Shown here: piece after piece, positions 16,989-24,217 of the stretch
Layout of the letters: each line of letters begins with the position of its first letter
How positions within the stretch are numbered: the first letter of the stretch is position 1
DNA from: Vibrio alginolyticus NBRC 15630 = ATCC 17749
GTDB taxonomy: Bacteria > Pseudomonadota > Gammaproteobacteria > Enterobacterales > Vibrionaceae
Length of the DNA: 32,000 bases
NCBI RefSeq assembly: GCF_000354175.2
Contig: NC_022349.1
Span: 1,620,001 to 1,652,000, forward strand
Direction of reading: 5' to 3'
The notes under the pieces: model-generated
The model's database searches: none
The model's input: only the letters and a program-made list of their open reading frames with translations
Told to the model about the DNA's origin: nothing
Translations under genes and position numbers: made by a program

Positions 16989-19028
16989 ATGCCTTCCCAG
17001 CAATTAAAACATTGGTTTGCCACGCTAACCTCAAATAGCCCTTTCTTCTTTGCCATTCTTGATAAAAAACACAATTATCGAATGGTAAGTGACCGTTACT
17101 GCGATATCGCAGGTTTAAGTCATGAGGAAATCGTCGGCTTAAACGATTGCCAAGTGCTGGGTGAGCAGTTTTATAAGAAGCTTGCACCATACTATCAGCG
17201 CGCGTTCAAAGGGGCACATGTCGAAGCCGAAATCACGCTCGATGAAACCGACCTTGAAACCAGTCTTCACTTTAGCCTTTCGCCAGTTTTTGAAGATAAC
17301 GACATTCGCTTTGTTGTTTTTCACGCTGTCGATACTTCAGAAAAGCAGATACTCGTTCGCTCCTTAGAAGAGTCCGAAAGTAAGTTTGCGAAGTTAACAC
17401 AACTGCTACCAGACGGATTACTGCTTATCGAAGATGATATTGTCATCTCTGCGAACCCCGCATCAGCGCGCCTTCTCGGACTTAACTCTCCTCATGAATT
17501 GTTGGGCGAAGAGCTAAGTCGTTTATTCATCGATGAAAACAGTAAAAAGGTATTTAGTCATCGATTGAGTACATTAATTTCTGACAAACCTTTTGTCTGC
17601 TTAACCAGTGCAAGATGCGGCTTTGAACGGAAAGTTCAGCTACACGCGGATTCCACGGCGATATTAGGTAGCGAATCTCAAATTATCCTAATCCAAGATG
17701 CTGATGATGCGCCCAAAAACCTGTCTTCTGCATCGAATGAAGACATACACATTGACTCGCTCACCAAACTCTACAACCGCTTTGGCTTCACCAAACGTTT
17801 GGAACAGCTGATCAAAAAGCAAACACCGCTTCTGGTGTTCTATTTGGATATCGATAACTTCAAAAACATTAATGACTCACTTGGTCACCATATTGGCGAT
17901 AAAGTGATTCAAGAGGTATCGGCCCGTCTTAAACGGTTACTACCAAACCAAGCGATTATTGGTCATTTGGGTGGCGATGAGTTTGGCGTCATTCTGCCGG
18001 AGCCAGAAAATACCCGCATGGCTGAAATTTTGTCCGATCGCATTATCTCGTTGATCAACCAACCTTTCGACTTGCACCACTTCAGTAAACGCCTTGCCTG
18101 TTCAATTGGTAGCGTTCGATACCCTGAAGACGGACAAGATGCACGAATCCTACTACAAAATGCCGATACTGCGATGTATGAAGCCAAAGATCGTGGTAGA
18201 AATCGTCTGATCAAATTTAACGATCAAATGAACAAAGAAGCGCGTATGCGTTTGTGGCTTGAAATCGAACTGCAAAAAGCATTGCAGCAGAACGGTTTGG
18301 AAGTGTGGTATCAACCTAAGGTTAACGCGCGAGACTTCAGTATCAACGGCGCAGAAGCGCTCGTTCGTTGGAAGCATCCAGTCGAAGGGTACATTAGTCC
18401 TGGCTCATTCATTCCTGTCGCCGAGCGCGCTGGGTTAATCGAACACCTTGGACGTGTCGTGATGCGTGATGTTTTCAATACGGTAAAACGTTGGAAGCAA
18501 CAAGGCATACTGCCAGGCCGTGTCGCCATCAACCTCTCTCCCGAGCAATTTGGCAACCCACAGCTGATCGACTTTATGGAAAAGCTGCTTCGCACTACCG
18601 AGCTTGATCCAAGCTGCATTACCTTCGAGCTAACCGAAAGTGCCGTGATGAGTGATAGCGAACATACACTGCAAATGTTGAATGCGATTAAAAAGCTTGG
18701 CTTCGCTCTCTCTATCGATGACTTTGGTACCGGCTACTCTTCTCTTTCTTACTTAGCGCGTTTCCCTATTGACGAGCTAAAAATCGACCGCGCTTTTATT
18801 AATGATATCGACACACTACCGAAACAAGTCACTGTGATTGAAAACATCATTAATCTGGGTAAGTCGCTCGACTTAACTGTCGTTGCCGAGGGGGTGGAAA
18901 CCCACCAGCAAGCTACTTTGCTCTCTAACCTTCAATGTAATGCGATTCAAGGATTCCATTTTTATCGCCCGCAGCCAAAACATGAAATTGAAGAGCTGTT
19001 TGTACAGAATCGTCGTCACAAGAACTAA
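16989..19028 (+). CDS. Cytoplasmic PAS-PAS-GGDEF-EAL protein (c-di-GMP cyclase/phosphodiesterase)
   Basis: The ORF track starts at a TTG (16968). I prefer the first ATG at 16989, but neither has a well-spaced SD. No TM segment seen. There are two PAS-like N-terminal modules. The GGDEF domain has an intact HLGGDEFGV and no RxxD I-site at the usual position 5 residues upstream of GGDEF. The EAL domain carries EALVRW, INLS, ELTES, IDDFGTGYSSLSYL, KIDR, EGVE and QGF. It may correspond to V. cholerae RocS (VC0653), from memory and unverified. Confidence 0.9.
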   Translation: MPSQQLKHWFATLTSNSPFFFAILDKKHNYRMVSDRYCDIAGLSHEEIVGLNDCQVLGEQFYKKLAPYYQRAFKGAHVEAEITLDETDLETSLHFSLSPVFEDNDIRFVVFHAVDTSEKQILVRSLEESESKFAKLTQLLPDGLLLIEDDIVISANPASARLLGLNSPHELLGEELSRLFIDENSKKVFSHRLSTLISDKPFVCLTSARCGFERKVQLHADSTAILGSESQIILIQDADDAPKNLSSASNEDIHIDSLTKLYNRFGFTKRLEQLIKKQTPLLVFYLDIDNFKNINDSLGHHIGDKVIQEVSARLKRLLPNQAIIGHLGGDEFGVILPEPENTRMAEILSDRIISLINQPFDLHHFSKRLACSIGSVRYPEDGQDARILLQNADTAMYEAKDRGRNRLIKFNDQMNKEARMRLWLEIELQKALQQNGLEVWYQPKVNARDFSINGAEALVRWKHPVEGYISPGSFIPVAERAGLIEHLGRVVMRDVFNTVKRWKQQGILPGRVAINLSPEQFGNPQLIDFMEKLLRTTELDPSCITFELTESAVMSDSEHTLQMLNAIKKLGFALSIDDFGTGYSSLSYLARFPIDELKIDRAFINDIDTLPKQVTVIENIINLGKSLDLTVVAEGVETHQQATLLSNLQCNAIQGFHFYRPQPKHEIEELFVQNRRHKN

Positions 19029-19040
19029 CCCCGACCCGAT

Positions 19041-19058
19041 CCCCTTACTCGCAAGGGG
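19041..19058 (+). terminator. Weak terminator-like hairpin after the GGDEF-EAL gene
   Basis: Stem CCCCTT, loop actcgc, stem AAGGGG, 13 nt after the stop. It is followed by TAAATATCGACTTTATT, which is not a canonical U-tract, so read-through into ubiU is plausible. Confidence 0.35.
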
Positions 19059-19161
19059 TAAATATCGACTTTATTGAGCTAAACCTAACTTAGGTCAATT
19101 TCGCTATTCATAATTCTTCATAAAATGCGGGCACCTTTTTATTCTCAATGATTGTGAGCAT

Positions 19162-20175
19162 ATGGAACTCTTGTGTCCCGCGGGTAACCTGCCTGCGTTA
19201 AAAACTGCGATTGATTGCGGTGCCGATGCCGTCTACATTGGTTTCAAAGATGATACCAACGCCCGTCACTTTGCTGGCCTAAACTTTAACGGCAAAAAGT
19301 TAGAAAAAGCGGTGCAATACGTTCATGACCGCAATAAAAAAATTCATGTCGCGTTGAATACCTTCGCTCATCCCAATGGCTTCGAGCGCTGGACGAACGC
19401 AGTAGACAATGCAGCGGCACTGGGTGTAGACGCGCTGATTGTTGCAGACATTGCAGTGCTGGAGTACGCGGCTCGCAAATATCCCGATCTGGAACTACAC
19501 CTTTCAGTGCAAGCATCAGCGACCAACGTCGCAGCCATTGATTTTTACAAACAAAACTTCAACGTAAAACGGGTAGTGCTACCCCGCGTTTTATCGATTC
19601 ATCAGGTCAAACAGCTCTCACGCAACATCACTAGCGATGTCGAGTTAGAAGTCTTTGCTTTTGGTAGCCTTTGCATCATGTCTGAAGGTCGCTGCTACCT
19701 ATCGTCATATATGACAGGCGAGTCTCCAAACACTGTGGGAGCATGCTCTCCAGCTAAGTACGTTCGCTGGCAAGAAACAGAAAATGGTCTGGAATCCCGC
19801 CTTAACGACATTTTGATCGATCGCTACAGCGCCGGTGAAAATGCGGGCTACCCTACCTTGTGTAAAGGTCGTTTCGAAGCAGAAATCGAAGGCGAGAAAA
19901 AACGCTACCACGCACTGGAAGAACCAACCAGTTTGAACACCCTCTCTATGCTGCCAGAACTATTTGCTGCAAATGTGGCGTCTGTAAAAATTGAAGGTCG
20001 CCAACGTAGCCCAGCTTACGTAGAACAAGTCACTCGAACATGGCGAGCCGCGATTGACCGTTACCAAGCAAACCCAGAAGCTTATCAAGTCGAAGCGGCT
20101 TGGGATGCCGCATTGGCAAACGTGTCTGAAGGTACGCAGACCACACTTGGTGCTTATCACCGCAAATGGCAGTAG
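19162..20175 (+). CDS. ubiU: O2-independent ubiquinone hydroxylase subunit UbiU (U32 peptidase family, YhbU)
   Basis: 337 aa. MELLCPAGNLPALKTAIDCGADAVYIGFKDDTNARHFAGLNF and the C-terminal GTQTTLGAYHRKWQ are near-identical to E. coli YhbU. The Fe-S cysteines are present in FGSLCIMSEGRCYLS, GACSP and PTLCKGR. Confidence 0.95.
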   Translation: MELLCPAGNLPALKTAIDCGADAVYIGFKDDTNARHFAGLNFNGKKLEKAVQYVHDRNKKIHVALNTFAHPNGFERWTNAVDNAAALGVDALIVADIAVLEYAARKYPDLELHLSVQASATNVAAIDFYKQNFNVKRVVLPRVLSIHQVKQLSRNITSDVELEVFAFGSLCIMSEGRCYLSSYMTGESPNTVGACSPAKYVRWQETENGLESRLNDILIDRYSAGENAGYPTLCKGRFEAEIEGEKKRYHALEEPTSLNTLSMLPELFAANVASVKIEGRQRSPAYVEQVTRTWRAAIDRYQANPEAYQVEAAWDAALANVSEGTQTTLGAYHRKWQ

Positions 20176-20195
20176 AGGTTAAGATGGATAATTCA

Positions 20196-21074
20196 ATGAA
20201 ATACGCGCTTGGCCCGCTGTTGTACTTCTGGCCAAAACAAGACATCGAAGCGTTTTATGAACAAGCGAAATCAAGCTCCGCGGACATCATCTATCTTGGG
20301 GAAACCGTATGTTCAAAACGTCGAGAAATGAAGCCTTCGCATTGGCTTGAAATCGCAAAAGAGCTGTCTGCATCTGGCAAGCAAGTGGTGCTATCAACAA
20401 TGGCACTACTAGAAGCTCCGAGTGAAGTAAACATAATGAAGAAGTACATCGACAACGGTGACTTCGCGATTGAAGCAAATGACGTATCTGCTGTTCAATT
20501 GGCATCAGAGCATAAAGTGCCTTTCGTCGTTGGCCCTGCAATCAATACTTATAACGCACACACGCTCAACTTATTTTTGAAGCAAGGTATGATGCGTTGG
20601 TGCATGCCTGTCGAGCTATCTCGCGAATGGTTAAACGATACTTTAGTTCAGTGTGACGAGCTTGGTATTCGTAACAAGTTTGAAGTTGAGGTATTTAGCC
20701 ACGGTTATTTGCCTTTAGCGTATTCCGCTCGCTGTTTCACAGCCCGAGCTGAAAACCGAGCGAAAGACGATTGCGAAACCTGCTGTATCAAATACCCTAC
20801 GGGTATCCAGGTCAGCAGCCAAGAAGGGCAAGAAGTCTTTAACCTTAACGGCATTCAAACACAGTCAGGGTATTGCTACAACCTCATCAATGACTTACCT
20901 ACTATGAAAGGGCTGGTTGATGTGGTCCGGTTAAGCCCTCTTGGTATCGACACTTTTTCAGAGTTAGAGCGTTTTCGCTCAAACGAATACGGCGATAATC
21001 CTGAAAAGCTCGAAAGCCGCCAATGCAATGGCTATTGGCATCAACTAGCGGGCTTAGAAGTAAAAACCATTTAA
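20196..21074 (+). CDS. ubiV: O2-independent ubiquinone hydroxylase subunit UbiV (U32 peptidase family, YhbV)
   Basis: The ORF is open from 20166. By homology E. coli YhbV starts MKYSLGPVLWYWPK and here MKYALGPLLYFWPK starts at 20196, giving 292 aa. The ATG at 20184 is an alternative, with GAGG 5 nt upstream. Conserved blocks: LKQGMMRWCMPVELSR, YSARCFTARAE, CETCCIKYP. Confidence 0.92.
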   Translation: MKYALGPLLYFWPKQDIEAFYEQAKSSSADIIYLGETVCSKRREMKPSHWLEIAKELSASGKQVVLSTMALLEAPSEVNIMKKYIDNGDFAIEANDVSAVQLASEHKVPFVVGPAINTYNAHTLNLFLKQGMMRWCMPVELSREWLNDTLVQCDELGIRNKFEVEVFSHGYLPLAYSARCFTARAENRAKDDCETCCIKYPTGIQVSSQEGQEVFNLNGIQTQSGYCYNLINDLPTMKGLVDVVRLSPLGIDTFSELERFRSNEYGDNPEKLESRQCNGYWHQLAGLEVKTI

Positions 21075-21082
21075 TCCTTAAA

Positions 21083-21113
21083 GATAAAAGCGAGGCCTAG
21101 CCTCGCTTTTATC
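21083..21113. terminator. Bidirectional terminator between ubiV and the MATE gene
   Basis: Stem GATAAAAGCGAGGC, loop cta, stem GCCTCGCTTTTATC. It sits between convergent stops. Confidence 0.8.
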
Positions 21114-21125
21114 TGTTAGCTTTTG

Positions 21126-22472
21126 TTAGCAGGCTTGCACCCTTGGTTCGACAGAACTCTCATTAAGCAGCTTTTTCACATCTCGCCACAACATACTGAT
21201 CACGACCAAACTCAATGCAATGTTAGACAATGGGAAAGCTAACCAAATACCTGTCACGCCGAAAAGTTTCGGCATAATGAATAAGAATGGCAACTGGACC
21301 AGCATGTTGCCTAGTGTTACAAACATAGCTTTGCTGCCTTTGTTTACTGATTGATAGTACGCGGCCGCCACAACTAAAAAACCATCTAAGAACAACGCAA
21401 ACATGTGTAAACGAATCCCGATCACGGTGCTATCAATCAACTGTTGGTCAGCATTATTAAACACCGCAACCAGTTCGTACGGGAAAAGGTTCATCAAAAC
21501 AACGAACGCCACCCCACCAAGCACAGATGTCCCCATCGCGACCTTTAATAACTTTCTGATGTTCTCCTGATTACGTGCACCGTGGTTGAAGCTCACTAAA
21601 GGCTGCATACCATTCGCAATTCCTTCTGCTATCAGATAGTAAACCGTCACGATGTACCCCAAAATGGCGTACGCTCCGATCAACATTGCACTTCCGTATT
21701 GAGCAAATAACGCGTTGTGCAGTGCCACCATCACAGAGCCGTAGGCGTACATAAAGAAACTTGATGTACCTATCATGATAATCTTTGGTGCAGCATCAAC
21801 CTGAACTTTGAAGTCGCGGATACGAAGGCGTAATGTTGCTTTTGAAGTAAAGAAGTAACCAATACCGAGCACAGTGACCACTAATTGTGCAAGTGCAGTG
21901 GCAATAGCGGCTCCGGTTAACTCCCACTCCAACCAAGCAATAAATACGTAGTCTAATACAATGTTAATAACGGCACCGATGACCATCAAAATCGTTGCTA
22001 AGTTCGGGCTGTCGTCATTGCGTAATAAAAACGGAACTGCGATAGAACCCAACGTGAATACGCACGCGACAATCAGAATATGCAAATATTGCAGCGCAAG
22101 TTCAAACACTCGCCCTTCCGCACCTTGCCAGCGAATAAATTCATCCGAAAACAAGAACAATATTGTAGCAACGATCGGCATCAATGCCGCTAACAACGTC
22201 AATCCGGTCGTTAGGATTCGCTTAGCGCCTTCATGATCGTTCTCTCCTTGCTTGATCGAAGTCAGCGCGCCAGTCCCCACCCCAATCATCATTCCTATAC
22301 CGAGGATCGAACCGATAATAGGCCACGCAACATTGATCCCAGCTAATCCGTCAGCGCCAACATAACGGCCAATAAAAATGCCATCAACTATTTGATACAA
22401 ACCGTTTACGAGCATTGCTGCGACGGTTGGAATCGTATATTTCCAAAACTGTCTATAAATTGAGTTTTGCAT
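21126..22472 (-). CDS. MATE family efflux transporter
   Basis: About 448-451-aa polytopic protein. The N-terminus FWKYTIPTVAAMLVNGLYQIVDGIFIGRYVGADGLAGINVAWP is typical of MATE pumps. The ORF track start (GTG, 22481) sits inside a GGTGA SD-like element 5 nt upstream of the ATG at 22472, which I prefer. Confidence 0.88.
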   Translation of the reverse strand: MQNSIYRQFWKYTIPTVAAMLVNGLYQIVDGIFIGRYVGADGLAGINVAWPIIGSILGIGMMIGVGTGALTSIKQGENDHEGAKRILTTGLTLLAALMPIVATILFLFSDEFIRWQGAEGRVFELALQYLHILIVACVFTLGSIAVPFLLRNDDSPNLATILMVIGAVINIVLDYVFIAWLEWELTGAAIATALAQLVVTVLGIGYFFTSKATLRLRIRDFKVQVDAAPKIIMIGTSSFFMYAYGSVMVALHNALFAQYGSAMLIGAYAILGYIVTVYYLIAEGIANGMQPLVSFNHGARNQENIRKLLKVAMGTSVLGGVAFVVLMNLFPYELVAVFNNADQQLIDSTVIGIRLHMFALFLDGFLVVAAAYYQSVNKGSKAMFVTLGNMLVQLPFLFIMPKLFGVTGIWLAFPLSNIALSLVVISMLWRDVKKLLNESSVEPRVQAC

Positions 22473-22486
22473 GACTGTCACCAGTA

Positions 22487-22501
22487 GTTAGCAAAGCTAA
22501 C
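22487..22501. promoter_or_regulatory. Operator-like palindrome 1 (GTTAGC-aaa-GCTAAC) just upstream of the MATE start
   Basis: Perfect 6-bp inverted repeat with a 3-bp spacer. It shares the core TTAGCAA-N2-CTAA(C) with the sites at 22509-22521 and 23038-23052. Confidence 0.55.
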
Positions 22502-22529
22502 CATTTAATTAGCAAGGCTAACTAAATGG
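22501..22529. promoter_or_regulatory. Operator-like palindrome 2 (29-bp near-perfect inverted repeat around TTAGC-aag-GCTAA)
   Basis: CCATTTAATTAGC-aag-GCTAACTAAATGG has 13-bp arms with one mismatch. Its centre is 21 bp (two helical turns) from the centre of palindrome 1. Confidence 0.55.
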
Positions 22530-22596
22530 TTAAATTAAATAAAAGAAAGATGAAACAACAAAAACTAAACCATACAGCTGAGGCCTTTGCTTCAGT

Positions 22597-23019
22597 TTAA
22601 AATGACTTATTACTCAATGCTTTATTCAATAAAGCTTGTAACTGTTCAGCTTCTTGCTGATTTAATTGTTGCATCATTTGGTCAGAGATATCTTTGTACA
22701 CTACCTGCTCCAAAGACATTTTTTCTGCGACTTCTTCCGTAAGCAACACACGCTTAGCACGAGCATCCTCATTACATGCGATGCGTTTCACCAAACCCTT
22801 TTTTTCCAAACGCACAACCATTGTCGATGCGGAAGGCTTAGTCACTTGCAGCTCTTCTGCAAGATCGGTTATTCGCACACCCTCAGGGTAAACCTGAATC
22901 ACACGTAAATAATCGAACTCATTAAAGCTTAGATGTGATAATGGATCTTCTTTGGCATAGACACGCCAAGCTTTGGCGCAAAAACGCTCTAAATCAATCA
23001 AGCTTTCTTCTAATGCCAT
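22597..23019 (-). CDS. MarR family transcriptional regulator
   Basis: About 140 aa from MALEESLIDLERF. The ORF track adds 5 codons from a GTG at 23034, and the ATG at 23019 has GGTGG upstream. Winged-helix block: ITDLAEELQVTKPSASTMVVRLEKKGLVKR. It lies immediately upstream of, and co-oriented with, the MATE pump. Confidence 0.88.
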   Translation of the reverse strand: MALEESLIDLERFCAKAWRVYAKEDPLSHLSFNEFDYLRVIQVYPEGVRITDLAEELQVTKPSASTMVVRLEKKGLVKRIACNEDARAKRVLLTEEVAEKMSLEQVVYKDISDQMMQQLNQQEAEQLQALLNKALSNKSF

Positions 23020-23035
23020 AAAAGCCACCACCACT

Positions 23036-23082
23036 TAGTTAGCAAGACTAACTATTTTAAATGAGTCACTCATCAAGTTCAA
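23036..23082 (-). promoter_or_regulatory. marR promoter (-35 TTGAAC, 17 bp, -10 TAAAAT) overlapped by operator-like palindrome 3
   Basis: On the minus strand, TTGAAC is the complement of 23077-23082 and TAAAAT is the complement of 23054-23059, with a 17-bp spacer. The palindrome TAGTTAG-caaga-CTAACTA (23036-23054, core GTTAGCAAGACTAAC) covers the -10 edge and the predicted TSS. A second small palindrome, ATGAGT-c-ACTCAT (23061-23073), lies in the spacer. Confidence 0.6.
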
Positions 23083-23086
23083 TCAT

Positions 23087-23114
23087 AAAAAAAGCCGCTC
23101 TCATCGAGCGGCTC
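23087..23114 (-). terminator. Rho-independent terminator of nlpI
   Basis: Minus strand: stem AGCCGCTC, loop gatgag, stem GAGCGGCT, followed by U7. It begins 5 nt after the nlpI stop. Confidence 0.8.
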
Positions 23115-23118
23115 TAAA

Positions 23119-24039
23119 TCATTCAATTTCCAGCTTCTTGGCAGCCTTTAACTTGGCCAATCTATCTTGCTGTAATTGATCATAAATTTGCGCCAACTCC
23201 AAGAAAGAATAGCGATGCTCAACATAATCGTAAACGTTGAACGAAATCGCGAGCTTATAAAGTGAGATGGCACTTGCGATATCACCTTCAAGCTGATTAC
23301 GCTTTCCAAGGTAGAAATACGTTTCCGTCAATCGTTCAGCTAGGCGATAGTTCTCTCTCGTTCCATCCATAATTGCTTTAAGCGCGTCTTCGTCCGAGAC
23401 GTCTCGCAGCATGATAGCAACAAGAACCCACCCCCACTCTTCACTACGATCTCGTAAATAACGCTGTTGAAGATTGGCTTTTGCTTGCTCTGGATTTTGC
23501 TCAGCTTCGATGATGTACAGCCATAATGAACGAAAAGGATCCGTTGGCATTTCTTGATAATGCTTGGTCATATCTTCTAAAGCGAGATCGATTCGGCCAC
23601 CATAATACAGTGCAATCGCACGGTTGCGCTCAGCATAGGTATTATCAGGAGCCAACTCTATGGTCGAGTCAAACGCTTCATATGCCGCATCAAACTCTCC
23701 TACTTGGGTAAAGTATACTCCCAAAAGATTGAAGATGTCCGGCTGAGCAGGATTCAACTGCAAAGACTGGTTAAAGTCCAAACGGGCAAGATCACGTAAA
23801 CCAACGCTGTCGTAGTAGCTACCGCGCTCATAATGCATTTTAGCGCGCACTTCATCACTAAGGTCGGGACGTTGTAGCAACTGCGAGAGACGCGCGATTT
23901 GTACTTCTTGTTGAACACTAGGCTGAAGTGGCACCGCCATCGGTGGATATAACCACTTTTGTGCTGATTGTTGAGAAGTATTTGCACAACCGGTCAGCGC
24001 GATAGCAACACATAAAATTGCGGTTTGAAACCATTTCAC
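23119..24039 (-). CDS. nlpI: TPR lipoprotein NlpI
   Basis: The ORF is open to 24135. Homology and the signal peptide begin at the GTG (complement of 24037-24039), with AGGAG 9 nt upstream. This gives MKWFQTAILCVAIALTGC with lipobox LTGC. The rest is colinear with E. coli NlpI (AVPLQP..QQEV..YERG..YDS.GLR.LAR.DF.., DPFRSLWLY, VEHRY). Confidence 0.92.
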   Translation of the reverse strand: MKWFQTAILCVAIALTGCANTSQQSAQKWLYPPMAVPLQPSVQQEVQIARLSQLLQRPDLSDEVRAKMHYERGSYYDSVGLRDLARLDFNQSLQLNPAQPDIFNLLGVYFTQVGEFDAAYEAFDSTIELAPDNTYAERNRAIALYYGGRIDLALEDMTKHYQEMPTDPFRSLWLYIIEAEQNPEQAKANLQQRYLRDRSEEWGWVLVAIMLRDVSDEDALKAIMDGTRENYRLAERLTETYFYLGKRNQLEGDIASAISLYKLAISFNVYDYVEHRYSFLELAQIYDQLQQDRLAKLKAAKKLEIE

Positions 24040-24133
24040 TAATTGATACTCCTGTTTGGACCGCTCAAGATTTATTTCTCTTAATGCAATATAGGCGATA
24101 ACCTCGTTTGAGGTTAATACATCGAAACAAACC

Positions 24134-24163
24134 AAAAAAGGGGAGCGAAAATGCTCCCCTTTT
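24134..24163 (-). terminator. Rho-independent terminator downstream of pnp
   Basis: Minus strand: AAAAGGGGAGC, loop auuuuc, GCUCCCCUUUUUU. It lies 55 nt after the pnp stop and upstream of nlpI. Confidence 0.85.
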
Positions 24164-24217
24164 ATAACATGCTTTCAGGCCCTTAATCTAATAAAAGGCT
24201 GAAAGTCTCATTTTGTC

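Noticed and set aside
16715-17190. Two overlapping minus-strand ORFs (119 aa and 109 aa) between ubiT and the GGDEF-EAL gene
   Set aside because: Both overlap the 5' end of the well-supported GGDEF-EAL CDS on the opposite strand. Neither has an SD at any candidate start or a recognisable motif. I treat the region as promoter and leader DNA.
19074-19098. FNR-like sequences upstream of ubiU (TTGAGctaaACCTA and CTAACttagGTCAA near a TAAAAT -10 at 19121-19126)
   Set aside because: They match only 6-7 of the 10 consensus positions, which is too weak to call without a PWM score or conservation data.
20166-20195. Upstream in-frame starts for ubiV (ATG at 20166 overlapping the ubiU stop, and ATG at 20184)
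   Set aside because: Homology to E. coli YhbV/UbiV begins exactly at MKY (20196). The ATG at 20184 remains a plausible alternative because of the GAGG 5 nt upstream, so the start call is not firm.
24040-24135. 32-codon N-terminal extension of the nlpI ORF
   Set aside because: The lipoprotein signal peptide and lipobox start at the internal GTG, which has a good AGGAG SD. The extension would bury the signal peptide.
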